In this document: positions 49,419 through 58,159 of the stretch, in pieces
How positions within the stretch are numbered: position 1 is the stretch's first letter
Layout of the letters: each line of letters begins with the position of its first letter
Assembly (NCBI GenBank): GCA_963730685.1
Contig: CAVSSP010000001.1
Span: 1,687,767-1,751,766, forward strand
Source of the DNA: an uncultured Acidimicrobiales bacterium
GTDB taxonomy: Bacteria > Actinomycetota > Acidimicrobiia > Acidimicrobiales > RAAP-2
Reading direction: 5' to 3'
Length of the DNA stretch: 64,000 nt
Position numbers and translations under genes: made by a program
Notes under the pieces: generated by a model
The model's input: only the letters and a program-made list of their open reading frames with translations
Database searches by the model: none
What the model was told of the DNA's origin: nothing

Positions 49419-50306
49419 TCAGCGCCCGGCCGGCACCGACCGGGACACGTCGACCGACACGTCGAGTGTGTGGGTGTTCCCGCCGCCGAACACGATGCCC
49501 TTGAGCGGCGAGACGTCGGAGTAGTCGCGCCCCCAGGCCGTCGTGACGTAGGTCGACCCCACCACCTGGTCGTTGGTGGGGTCGACGTCGAGCCAGCCCC
49601 ACTCGGGGATGAACACCGACGGCCAGGCATGGGAGGCGTCGGCCCCGATCAGGCGCTCCTCGCCGGGCGGTGGCGCCGTCTCCAGGTAGCCGCTCACATA
49701 GCGGGCGGCCAGACCCATGGAGCGCAGGCATCCGATGGCGAGGTGGGCGAAGTCCTGGCAGACGCCGCGCCGGAACCGGATCACCTCCTCGAGGGGGGTG
49801 GTCACCGTGGTGAACCCGGGATCGTAGAGGTAGTCGACGAAGATCCGCTCGGTGAGCTCGGAGACCACGTCGTGGATGGGACGACCCGGCGTGAACGACG
49901 GCTCGGCGTAGGCGCGCACCGCGGCCGACAGGGGGATGAGCGGCGACTCGAAGCAGAACTGGCGTGCGGCCAGGGTGTCGGGACCGAGGTCGCGGGCCAG
50001 GGTGTCCCGCGCCCGCTCCCAGGCGGAGCCGACCGCCGGCAGCGGTTCGCGCCCGGACACCGACACCGAGCTGGTCGACGTCACCGTCAGCTCCGAAAAG
50101 GGACCGTCCACGGCGAACGTGGCCACCGGGTTCCCGAAGAAGTCGCTCCGTTCCGACCAGCTGGTCGGCGTCGGCTCGACCACGATCTCGCTGCTCAAGC
50201 AGTGCTGGCGGTCCGATTCCCGTGGCCGCAGGTGGGCCTCGTTGCGGGCGCGTGCCACCGGTGCCGTGTACCGGTAGGCGGTCCGGTGGACGATGCGGTA
50301 GATCAT
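49419..50306 (-). CDS. Transglutaminase-fold protein (Bact_transglu_N + TGase core Cys-His-Asp)
   Basis: MIYRIVHRTAYRY, RGVCQDFAHL, ADASHAW, DVDPTN. ATGA overlap with the upstream gene. Confidence 0.9.
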   Translation of the reverse strand: MIYRIVHRTAYRYTAPVARARNEAHLRPRESDRQHCLSSEIVVEPTPTSWSERSDFFGNPVATFAVDGPFSELTVTSTSSVSVSGREPLPAVGSAWERARDTLARDLGPDTLAARQFCFESPLIPLSAAVRAYAEPSFTPGRPIHDVVSELTERIFVDYLYDPGFTTVTTPLEEVIRFRRGVCQDFAHLAIGCLRSMGLAARYVSGYLETAPPPGEERLIGADASHAWPSVFIPEWGWLDVDPTNDQVVGSTYVTTAWGRDYSDVSPLKGIVFGGGNTHTLDVSVDVSRSVPAGR

Positions 50307-53035
50307 CGGGCCGGGCCGTCCGGACCGCCCGGACGGGCTGCTCCCAGCGAGTGCTGGAGCCCGGTGAGCATCGACAGGCGCTCGTGGGAGAAGTACGTGC
50401 GGCGCAGGCTGTCCAGCAGCTCCCCCAACAGCTCGTCCACCCGTCCGAGGACGGTGTCCAGCTCCGGTCGCTGTCGCGAGTCGGGGTCGACCGAGGCCAG
50501 GCGGGTGGCGTCGGTGAGGCGGAGCATGGTGGTGATCTCCAACACCAACTGCTCACCGTGCCCGAGCCGCTGGGCCGGGGACCGCTTGGGCAGGTCGGCG
50601 AGCTGGTCCACCAGCCGGTCCAACTGGTACATCACACTCCGGGGGTTGGCGGCGTCGTAGACCAGCAGGTCCACGGCGCCGGCCACGCGCATGGTGGGTC
50701 CGGAACGGCGCCGGAAGATGATCAGGCTCTCGGATGTCTTGAGCAGCGACTCCAACAGCAGGTCCTCGACCACGCCGGCCCGCTGGTGGACCAGGACGGC
50801 CCGGAGCAGCCGTACCAGGGACTGGGCCCGTTCGAGTCGCCTGCCGGCGTCGAGGAACAGCCATGCGGCGTCGCGTTCCATGTTCTCGGCCGACAGCCCG
50901 GCCAGGGCCAGAAGCGCCTGGAGCAGCCGCTGCAGGCTGGACTGGACGCCCACGAGCTGGGTGGGGGGGCGGTTCCGCAGTCGGGCGAGCTCCTCTTCGA
51001 CGTCGCCCACCAACTGCCAGGTGTCGCTCGAGAGCTGCTCCCGCACCGAGTAGGCGGCGTCGACGAGGAGCGCCAACGACGACACCAGGCTGCCGTCCAC
51101 CCCGGCGTCGAGGAGCAGGGACAGCGCCCGTCGGTCGGTGGGCACATCGGAGTCGGACCCGTTCGACGGCTGGCCGGGCACGGTCCGGCTCTCTTCCCGC
51201 GGGGCCACGATCCCGGAGCCCTCGCCCTCGGGCTCGGACACCGCATCGAACCCCGAGGCGGTACCGAGGGCGGCCAGCAGGACCTGCAGCGACTCGGCCC
51301 CGCCGTCCACGCCCACCCCGAGCGGCTGGTCGAGTCGGGCCAGAACGGTACGGATGAGTCGGATGACCAGCTCGGCATGCTCGGCGGTCCGGCCGAGGAC
51401 GAACAGCTGGGCGGCCACCCGCCCGGGGAGCGGGGTGGCCACGTCGGGCACGACCGGGGGCCGGATCGTGGTCCGGGCCGACCGGAGCCAGGTGCTCTGC
51501 TGGAGGGCGGGCTCGGTCGAGGCCACCCAGGTGTCCTTGCTGGTGCCGTCGTTGTGGTTGGAGATGATCAGGGAGGTCGGTGCCGCGCCCACCCTGGTCA
51601 GGCCACCCGGGAGGACACGCAGGCCGTGGGGGCCGTCGTCGGCGCCGCTCGGGCCGGCCACCACGAAGGTGCGCAGCACGGTCGGCCGGGGCTCCAGCGA
51701 GCCCGAGTCCGTCACGGTCGGTGTGGTCGAGGGCTCGATGAGCTCCTGGCCCACCCACTCCCAGGGTCGGGCCCGGATCTGGTCCCGGAGCCCGGCGAGC
51801 TCGTCGGCGGTGAGGGACGACCCCACGATGGGGCGCCGGGCCGGGGACGGACGGATGGCCTGGACGACGAGGCCGTCGAGATGGGCCAGCACGTGGCTCT
51901 GGGCGGCCGGCTCGCCGCACCACCAGGTCTCGGGGCCGCGCAGGGCCAGGTCCTCACCCAGGAGCACCGGTGCCAACGGCTCCAGCAGGGCGGTGATGGC
52001 GGGATGCTCGATCACCCCGGAGCCGACCGGGTTGATCACGGTCACCCGCCCCCGGCGGGCCACCTCGAGCAGCCCGGGGACACCGAGCAGGGAGTCGGCC
52101 CGGAGCTCCACCGGGTCGCACCAGGTGTCGTCGACCCGTCGGATGACCACGTCGACGGGATCGAAGCCGGCCAGCGACCGCAGCCACACCCGGTTGTTGT
52201 TGACCACCAGGTCGCGGCCCTCCACCAGCGCGTAGCCGAGATACGAGGCCAGGTAGGCGTGCTCGAAGTACGTCTCGCTCAGGGGCCCCGGCGTCAGGAT
52301 GACCACCCGCGGCTCGTCGACCCCCTCGGGGGCCGTGGCCGCCACGCCGGCCCGGATGGACCGGAAGAACCCGGCCAGCCGCTCGACGCCCGACTCCCGG
52401 TGCAGATTGGGGAGGACCCTCGACAAGATGGTCCGGTTCACCAGCGCGTAGCCCAGGCCCGAGGGCGCCTCGGCCCGGTCGCCCACCGCCCGGAAGTGGC
52501 CGTCCCGGTCGCGCACCACGTCGACGGCGGTGAGGAAGAGCCGGTGGGCGCCCGGCGCCGGCATGTCGGCGCAGGCCCGCAGGAAGGCCGGGTTGCCGAG
52601 GACCAGTTGGGCCGGGATCCGACCGTCGCCCACCAGGCGCCGCTCGCCGTAGATGTCGGACAGCACCAGGTCCAACAGGGCCACGCGCTGGGACACCGCC
52701 GACTCGAGACCGGTCCACTCGGCGCCGTCCACCACCAGTGGACAAGGATCGAGGGCCCAGGCCTGCCGGCGGCTGACGTGGTCCTGGTTCACGTTGTAGG
52801 TGGCGCCCTCGTTGCGCAGCAGGCGGGCCAGCTCGGTCCGGCGGGCCAGCAGGCCACTCGGGCCCAGGCCGGCCAACTCCGCCGCCACCTGTTTCCAGCG
52901 GGTCCTCACCAGCCCGTCGGGGCCCAGGTACTCGTCGGTGCGACCCGGGACGGGGCTGTACGCGGGCAACCCGGTGCCGCCGGGCCCGACGGGGGGGTTG
53001 CCGCCGAAGGGCTCGGCGGCCGTCGCCGTGGTCAT
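50303..53035 (-). CDS. Fusion of circularly permuted ATP-grasp (type 2) and alpha-E domains
   Basis: 910-aa ORF. The N-terminal half parallels 54104-55771 (SETYFEHAYLASYLGYALVEGRDLVV, DSLLGVPGL, GTSKDTWV). The C-terminal half parallels the alpha-E protein (ERDAAWLFLDAGRRLERA). Confidence 0.85.
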   Translation of the reverse strand: MTTATAAEPFGGNPPVGPGGTGLPAYSPVPGRTDEYLGPDGLVRTRWKQVAAELAGLGPSGLLARRTELARLLRNEGATYNVNQDHVSRRQAWALDPCPLVVDGAEWTGLESAVSQRVALLDLVLSDIYGERRLVGDGRIPAQLVLGNPAFLRACADMPAPGAHRLFLTAVDVVRDRDGHFRAVGDRAEAPSGLGYALVNRTILSRVLPNLHRESGVERLAGFFRSIRAGVAATAPEGVDEPRVVILTPGPLSETYFEHAYLASYLGYALVEGRDLVVNNNRVWLRSLAGFDPVDVVIRRVDDTWCDPVELRADSLLGVPGLLEVARRGRVTVINPVGSGVIEHPAITALLEPLAPVLLGEDLALRGPETWWCGEPAAQSHVLAHLDGLVVQAIRPSPARRPIVGSSLTADELAGLRDQIRARPWEWVGQELIEPSTTPTVTDSGSLEPRPTVLRTFVVAGPSGADDGPHGLRVLPGGLTRVGAAPTSLIISNHNDGTSKDTWVASTEPALQQSTWLRSARTTIRPPVVPDVATPLPGRVAAQLFVLGRTAEHAELVIRLIRTVLARLDQPLGVGVDGGAESLQVLLAALGTASGFDAVSEPEGEGSGIVAPREESRTVPGQPSNGSDSDVPTDRRALSLLLDAGVDGSLVSSLALLVDAAYSVREQLSSDTWQLVGDVEEELARLRNRPPTQLVGVQSSLQRLLQALLALAGLSAENMERDAAWLFLDAGRRLERAQSLVRLLRAVLVHQRAGVVEDLLLESLLKTSESLIIFRRRSGPTMRVAGAVDLLVYDAANPRSVMYQLDRLVDQLADLPKRSPAQRLGHGEQLVLEITTMLRLTDATRLASVDPDSRQRPELDTVLGRVDELLGELLDSLRRTYFSHERLSMLTGLQHSLGAARPGGPDGPAR

Positions 53036-53053
53036 GACGTGGTCACGACGGAG

Positions 53054-54037
53054 TCATGACGCCACCGACGCCGGCTGCCAGCCCACGAAGTTCGGCCGGA
53101 AGTAGGTCTCGTCGATCCGGTCGTGGACGGCCGCCACCGCCACCTGGACGTCGTCGAGGAACTCGCTGAGCCCGCCCGTGGTCAGCCGGGTGACCGCCGC
53201 GGTCGCCACCATCATGGAGGCATTGTTGCAGGCATCGATGGCCTCTTCCGCACGGGCCAGTCCCTTCAGCTGGCCTCGGGTCTCGGTGAGGCAGGCGCTG
53301 ACGGCCCGTGGGAAGCGGTCGTCCTGGAGCAGGAAACGGAGCATGGAGCCGCCCTGGGGCCGGGCCGGCATGGCCCGGCGAAACGGCTGGTAGGCGGCCA
53401 GCGACCGCAACACGGCCATCCAGTGGACGGCGTCGTAGGGATCGTCACCCCGCTTGGGCTGGAGGTTCTCCGACCGCACCTCCAGGACACGGGTGGTCAG
53501 ATCGGCGCGCTCGAGGTTCTGTCCGATGAGGAGGAAGGACATCGCCTCGTCGCGGCTCATGGTCCCGAGCAGGATCCCGTTGATGCGCTGGCAGCCGGCG
53601 ATCACCCGGCGCAGCCACTGGACCCGGTTCTGGCGGTCCTCGGTCTCGGCGAGGTTGTCGCAGCACACCAACCACAGGCTGTTGCACGCCTCCCAGGCCT
53701 CGCGGGGGACCACCGGGCGGGCGGTACGAAGGTTCTCACGGGCCGACGCGATGGACCCGAGGATGGAGGACGGATTTCCGTCGCCGTGCAGGAGGAACTC
53801 GATCACGTCCTCCTCGGACGGTCCGTCCCCTCCGGACTCCATGGCGGCCGAGTAGCGCTCGGCGAACTCACTGTCGACGCCGGCGATGGCCAGCAGCGGC
53901 TCCCAGCCCACGTCCTGGCCCACCGGCATGTCGACGTGGGTGTCGGTGTGCACCTGCACGATGCGTGCGGTGCATTCGGCGCGCTCGAGATAGCGACCTG
54001 CCCAGTAGACGGCCTCGGCCATTCGTGCCAGCAGCAT
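53054..54037 (-). CDS. Alpha-E domain protein (DUF403)
   Basis: MLLARMAEAVYWAGRYLERAECTARIV. The ATG lies 6 nt after AAGGAG. The longer ORF start (54103) was rejected. Confidence 0.85.
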   Translation of the reverse strand: MLLARMAEAVYWAGRYLERAECTARIVQVHTDTHVDMPVGQDVGWEPLLAIAGVDSEFAERYSAAMESGGDGPSEEDVIEFLLHGDGNPSSILGSIASARENLRTARPVVPREAWEACNSLWLVCCDNLAETEDRQNRVQWLRRVIAGCQRINGILLGTMSRDEAMSFLLIGQNLERADLTTRVLEVRSENLQPKRGDDPYDAVHWMAVLRSLAAYQPFRRAMPARPQGGSMLRFLLQDDRFPRAVSACLTETRGQLKGLARAEEAIDACNNASMMVATAAVTRLTTGGLSEFLDDVQVAVAAVHDRIDETYFRPNFVGWQPASVAS

Positions 54038-54103
54038 GGTGGGCTCCTTTGCCTCGCTCGATGCGGATTCGTCGTCTTCGTCGGCGCCTTCCACCGCGGT
54101 CAC

Positions 54104-55771
54104 CTACGAGCCGTCCCCGGCACCGGTGTCGGGGACGGCGTCGGCTCCGGAAGCCCCGGGGAAGACAGGAGGGGCCGGCGACCGCGAAGCGCCGGGGGAG
54201 CCGGGGGAGCCGGGGGAGCCGGGGGAGCCGGGGGAGCCGGGGGACGGGGACGCCGGGTCGCTCGCGGGCGCCGGGGACAGCTGGCTGTCGACCACCCAGG
54301 TGTCCTTGCTGCCACCTCCCTGGGAGGAGTTGACCACCAGTGAGCCCGAGCGCCGGGCCACCCGGGTGAGGCCGCCGCGGGTCACATAGGCGCCCTCGGG
54401 ACCGAGGAGGGTGAACGGGCGCAGGTCGACATGGCGCGGCGCGATCTCACCGTCACACAGCGTCGGGGCGGTGGAAAGCGGGATGATCGGCTGGGCCACC
54501 CACCGGTCGGGCTCGCTCTCGATCTGCTTGCTGACGGCGGCCATCTCTTCCTCGGTGGCCTGGGTCCCGACCATGACCCCGTAGCCGCCGGACTCGTTGG
54601 CCGGCTTGACCACCAGGCGCTCGAGATTGCTCAGGACGTAGTGCCGGGAGTCGTCGTCGCTGCACCGGAGCGTGGGGACGGTGGCGAGGATGGGCTCCTC
54701 GCCGAGGAAGAACCGGATGATGTCCGGCACGTAGGAGTAGACCTTCTTGTCGTCGGCGATGCCGGCCCCCGGCGCGTTGACCAGGGCCACCCGACCGGCC
54801 CGCCACGACCGGATCAGGCCCGGGACACCCAGCATGGAGTCGGGCCGGAACGCCTCGGGGTCGAGGTACAGGTCGTCGATGCGCCGGTAGATCACGTCGA
54901 CCCGTTGGAGGCCGTCGATGGTCCGGGCGTAGACGCAGTCGTCGTCCAGGACCACCAGGTCACTGCCTTCCACCAGCTCGACGCCCAGCTGCTGGGCCAA
55001 GAAGGCGTGCTCGAAGTAGGCCGAGTTGTAGATGCCCGGGGTCAGCACCACGATGGTCGGGTCGCCGGTGGCGGGGGACACCGAGGCCAGCATGTTGGCC
55101 AGTCTCCCGATGTAGGGGTCGACGGGCTCGATGCTGTAGTGCCGGAACATCTCGGCGAAGACGTGCTTGGCCACCATCCGGTTCTCCAGCAGGTACGAGA
55201 CCCCCGACGGGACCCGGAGGTTGTCCTCGAGGACGTAGACGGTGCCGTCCGCGTCGCGGATCAGGTCGCTTCCGCAGATGTGGGCCCAGATGCCTCCGGG
55301 CGGCTTGACCCCGACGCACTCCCGCCGGAAGTTGGGCGATCCGGCCACCAGCTCGGAGGGGACGATGCCGGCGCTCACCGCCCGTTGGTCCTGGTAGACG
55401 TCGTCGATGAACAAGTTGAGGGCGTTCAGCCGCTGGACCAGCCCGGACTCGATCAGCTGCCATTCGTCGGACGGCATGACCCGGGGGATGATGTCGAAGG
55501 GCCAGGGCCTGTCGACCCCGGTCGAGCCCTCGTAGACGGTGAAGGTGACCCCGATGGCCCGCATCTCCCGGTCGGCGGCCTCCTGCCGGTCGGACAGGGC
55601 CTCGGGCCCGAGCTCGGTGAAGTGCCGCCACAGGGTGCGGGCCGACGGCCGCGGCACCCCGTGGGGGCCCACCATCTCGTCGAAGAAGTCGCCGGGGTCG
55701 TACGAGGGCCATGGCTCCACACCCGGATCCGGGGGACTCCCGGACGCGTCGGGTGAGTCGTCACGTTCCAC
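54104..55771 (-). CDS. Circularly permuted ATP-grasp type 2 protein (DUF404/DUF407)
   Basis: NSAYFEHAFLAQQLGVELVEGSDLVV, DSMLGVPGL, VVKPANESGGYG, GGSKDTWVV. C-terminal (PGS)5 repeat. The start is uncertain (GTG 55771 preferred). The 55852 ATG extension has GC3 of only ~36%. Confidence 0.85.
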   Translation of the reverse strand: MERDDSPDASGSPPDPGVEPWPSYDPGDFFDEMVGPHGVPRPSARTLWRHFTELGPEALSDRQEAADREMRAIGVTFTVYEGSTGVDRPWPFDIIPRVMPSDEWQLIESGLVQRLNALNLFIDDVYQDQRAVSAGIVPSELVAGSPNFRRECVGVKPPGGIWAHICGSDLIRDADGTVYVLEDNLRVPSGVSYLLENRMVAKHVFAEMFRHYSIEPVDPYIGRLANMLASVSPATGDPTIVVLTPGIYNSAYFEHAFLAQQLGVELVEGSDLVVLDDDCVYARTIDGLQRVDVIYRRIDDLYLDPEAFRPDSMLGVPGLIRSWRAGRVALVNAPGAGIADDKKVYSYVPDIIRFFLGEEPILATVPTLRCSDDDSRHYVLSNLERLVVKPANESGGYGVMVGTQATEEEMAAVSKQIESEPDRWVAQPIIPLSTAPTLCDGEIAPRHVDLRPFTLLGPEGAYVTRGGLTRVARRSGSLVVNSSQGGGSKDTWVVDSQLSPAPASDPASPSPGSPGSPGSPGSPGSPGASRSPAPPVFPGASGADAVPDTGAGDGS

Positions 55772-55949
55772 AAGTGAAGTGATAGGACGGCGATGCGTCT
55801 GATGGGTTGCCACAGTGTTTCCACTCCGTGAATGTCCAGTTGGCGTTATCATCTGCCAGCGGCGCCGGGTACTGCCCGAGCCGGTTGAGCGTGGTCTGCA
55901 CGGCCTGAAGCCTCTGGATCGGTCCCCTTGCCGTTCCGATGCGTTTCAT
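55761..55949 (-). CDS. Candidate 62-aa small ORF directly upstream of, and overlapping, the ATP-grasp operon
   Basis: Own reading: MKRIGTARGPIQRLQAVQTTLNRLGQYPAPLADDNANWTFTEWKHCGNPSDASPSYHFTCGT. GC3 is ~72% against GC1/GC2 of ~54% in a ~57% GC region. AGGTG lies before the ATG. The stop overlaps GTG 55771 by 11 nt. Confidence 0.3.
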   Translation of the reverse strand: MKRIGTARGPIQRLQAVQTTLNRLGQYPAPLADDNANWTFTEWKHCGNPSDASPSYHFTCGT

Positions 55950-56124
55950 GGCACCTGGTGCAGTACGGCGCGATCCGGCGAGGTGCGGTGCGCGCTCAGG
56001 CCTTCGGGCCCGGCGGCGCTGCCAGTCGGCCACGCGTCCGTCCGACCCCGTCACCCCAACCGTACCGGACGACGTGTGCCCCCAGCCACCACCCATAACC
56101 GTCCACCGACCCACAGGAGATGCC

Positions 56125-56421
56125 GTGCCCGCTGAGACCCACGTGGAGAAGGGTCCACTCGACCGAGGGCAGGTGCTCTCGCTCATCCGAGACCTGCTGG
56201 CCGACATCTTGGAGATCGAGCCGGCGTCGATCTCGGAGTCGGCGTCCTTCGCCGAGGACCTCGATGCCGACTCGTTGGCCCTGATCGAGCTGGTCGAGGG
56301 GCTGGAGGAGGAGCTGGGCGAGCGTTCCGTGGGATTCCGGATCGACGACGAGGACCTCGAGGAGCTGCGTACGGTGCGCGATGCGGTGGACTACGTCTAC
56401 GCCAAGCTCGGAGGGGCCTGA
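56125..56421 (+). CDS. acpP: Acyl carrier protein
   Basis: FAEDLDADSLALIELVEGLEEE (DSL phosphopantetheine site). The GTG lies after AGGAGA. Confidence 0.85.
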   Translation: MPAETHVEKGPLDRGQVLSLIRDLLADILEIEPASISESASFAEDLDADSLALIELVEGLEEELGERSVGFRIDDEDLEELRTVRDAVDYVYAKLGGA

Positions 56422-56430
56422 GGCGATCTG

Positions 56431-57234
56431 ATGACGTCCCCGAGTGGCCCGGAGGTGTCCGGGGGGGACCATGACCCCGTGGCGCCGGACCGGGTGGAGC
56501 CGGGCCCCGTGGCGCCGGACCGGGTGGCGCCGGACCGGGTGGAGCCGGGCCTCGGGGAGCGGATCGGCTACCGATTCGACGACCCGGCCCTGTTGGATCT
56601 GGCCATGGCCCACCGCTCGTGGTGCGCCGAGCAGGACGGCCGGACCTCGAACGAGCGTCTGGAGTTCCTGGGCGACGCCGTCTTGGGGCTGGTGGTGGCC
56701 GAGTACAGCTACCGGACCCACCCGGACCTCTCGGACGGGCAGATGTCCAAGGTCCGGGCGTCCGTCGTCAACACGAAGGTGCTGGCCGAGGTGGGCCTGG
56801 GGCTGGGGATTCCGGCCCACCTCCGGCTGGGGAGGGGTGAGGATCTGTCCGGGGGGCGGGCCAAGGAGTCGATCCTCGCCGACGCCACCGAGGCGGTCAT
56901 CGGCGCCGTCTACCTCGATGGCGGCCTCGGTGAGGCCGAGCGGCTGGTCCTCTCCCTGCTCAAGGACCGGATCGCCGTGGCCGTCGGCGAACCCGGCGAG
57001 TCCGACCACAAGAGCCGCCTGCAGGAGGAGACGGTCCGGCTGGGGCGTGGCGTGCCCCGGTACGAGGTGGAGGGGTTCGGCCCCGATCATGCCCGCAGGT
57101 ACCTGGCCACGGTGTACGTTGCTGGCCAGCGCCTCGGAACGGGGGAGGGGCGCTCCAAGAAGGACGCCGAGCAGGTCGCCGCCAGGGTGGCCTGCGGATC
57201 GTTGGACGTCGAGAGAGGCGGGGGGGATGCCTGA
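56431..57234 (+). CDS. rnc: Ribonuclease III
   Basis: NERLEFLGDAVLGL, plus a dsRBD with C-terminal KKDAEQVAA. N-terminal VAPDRVEPG repeats at 56470-56555. Confidence 0.9.
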   Translation: MTSPSGPEVSGGDHDPVAPDRVEPGPVAPDRVAPDRVEPGLGERIGYRFDDPALLDLAMAHRSWCAEQDGRTSNERLEFLGDAVLGLVVAEYSYRTHPDLSDGQMSKVRASVVNTKVLAEVGLGLGIPAHLRLGRGEDLSGGRAKESILADATEAVIGAVYLDGGLGEAERLVLSLLKDRIAVAVGEPGESDHKSRLQEETVRLGRGVPRYEVEGFGPDHARRYLATVYVAGQRLGTGEGRSKKDAEQVAARVACGSLDVERGGGDA

Positions 57235-58069
57235 GCTTCCCGAAGTCGAGACCATTCGGCGGGACCTCCAAGGTGAGGTGGTCGGTCGCAAGATCAAGTC
57301 GGTGGAGGTCCGAAACGGACGCACCGTCCGCCGCCACCCGAGCGCCAAGCAGTTCCGGTCCCGGTTGGAGGGCCACACCATCAAGGCCGTGGACAGGAAG
57401 GGCAAGTACCTCCTGTTGGGCCTGGACGACGGCCAGACGCTGGTCGTGCACCTGGGCATGAGCGGCCAGCTCCAGCGGGCCAAGGGCCCCAAGGAGCCCA
57501 AGGCCCCCCACACCCATGCGGTGATCACCTTCACCCAGGGTGGCCAGCTTCGCTTCGTCGATCCCCGTACCTTCGGGGAGCTGTTCGTCTCGGCGGCGCC
57601 GGCCGAAGGGGAGCGTCCGCTGCCCGAGCTCGCCCACCTGGGGTTCGACCCACTCGAGGACGTGATGAGCTGGGAGAAGTTCTGGGTGTTGCTGGCCTCG
57701 CACAAGAGCGGGCTGAAGGCCCTGCTGATGGACCAGGAGTTCGTGGCCGGCATCGGGAACATGTACGCCGACGAGATCCTGTTCGCCGCCGGGCTGCGGT
57801 TCGACCGGCTCTCGAGCTCGCTGTCGTCCCAGGAGGTGCGCCGGCTCTACCGGTCCATGGTCGAGACGCTGGCCGAGGCGGTCAAGCGGCGCGGGTCGTC
57901 GTTGGCCGACGAGCAGTACCGCGACCTGTTCGGCGAGATCGGCGACTACCAGGACCAGCACCAGGCCTACGACCGTGAGGGCCAGGCCTGCCGTCGCTGC
58001 CGTGCCACCATCGTCCGGGTGAAGTCGGGCGGCCGGTCGACCTACTTCTGCGACCACTGTCAGGTGTGA
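57227..58069 (+). CDS. mutM: Formamidopyrimidine-DNA glycosylase
   Basis: MPELPEVETIRR, H2TH, and C-terminal zinc finger CRRC...CDHC. Confidence 0.95.
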   Translation: MPELPEVETIRRDLQGEVVGRKIKSVEVRNGRTVRRHPSAKQFRSRLEGHTIKAVDRKGKYLLLGLDDGQTLVVHLGMSGQLQRAKGPKEPKAPHTHAVITFTQGGQLRFVDPRTFGELFVSAAPAEGERPLPELAHLGFDPLEDVMSWEKFWVLLASHKSGLKALLMDQEFVAGIGNMYADEILFAAGLRFDRLSSSLSSQEVRRLYRSMVETLAEAVKRRGSSLADEQYRDLFGEIGDYQDQHQAYDREGQACRRCRATIVRVKSGGRSTYFCDHCQV

Positions 58070-58159
58070 CCGCGGCACCGGCCGCTCCGCATCCGCATTT
58101 CTCCCTCCTGAGCTGGGGCTCCCGCATGGCGGGGCAGCGACCGATAGGGTGAGCGCCCG

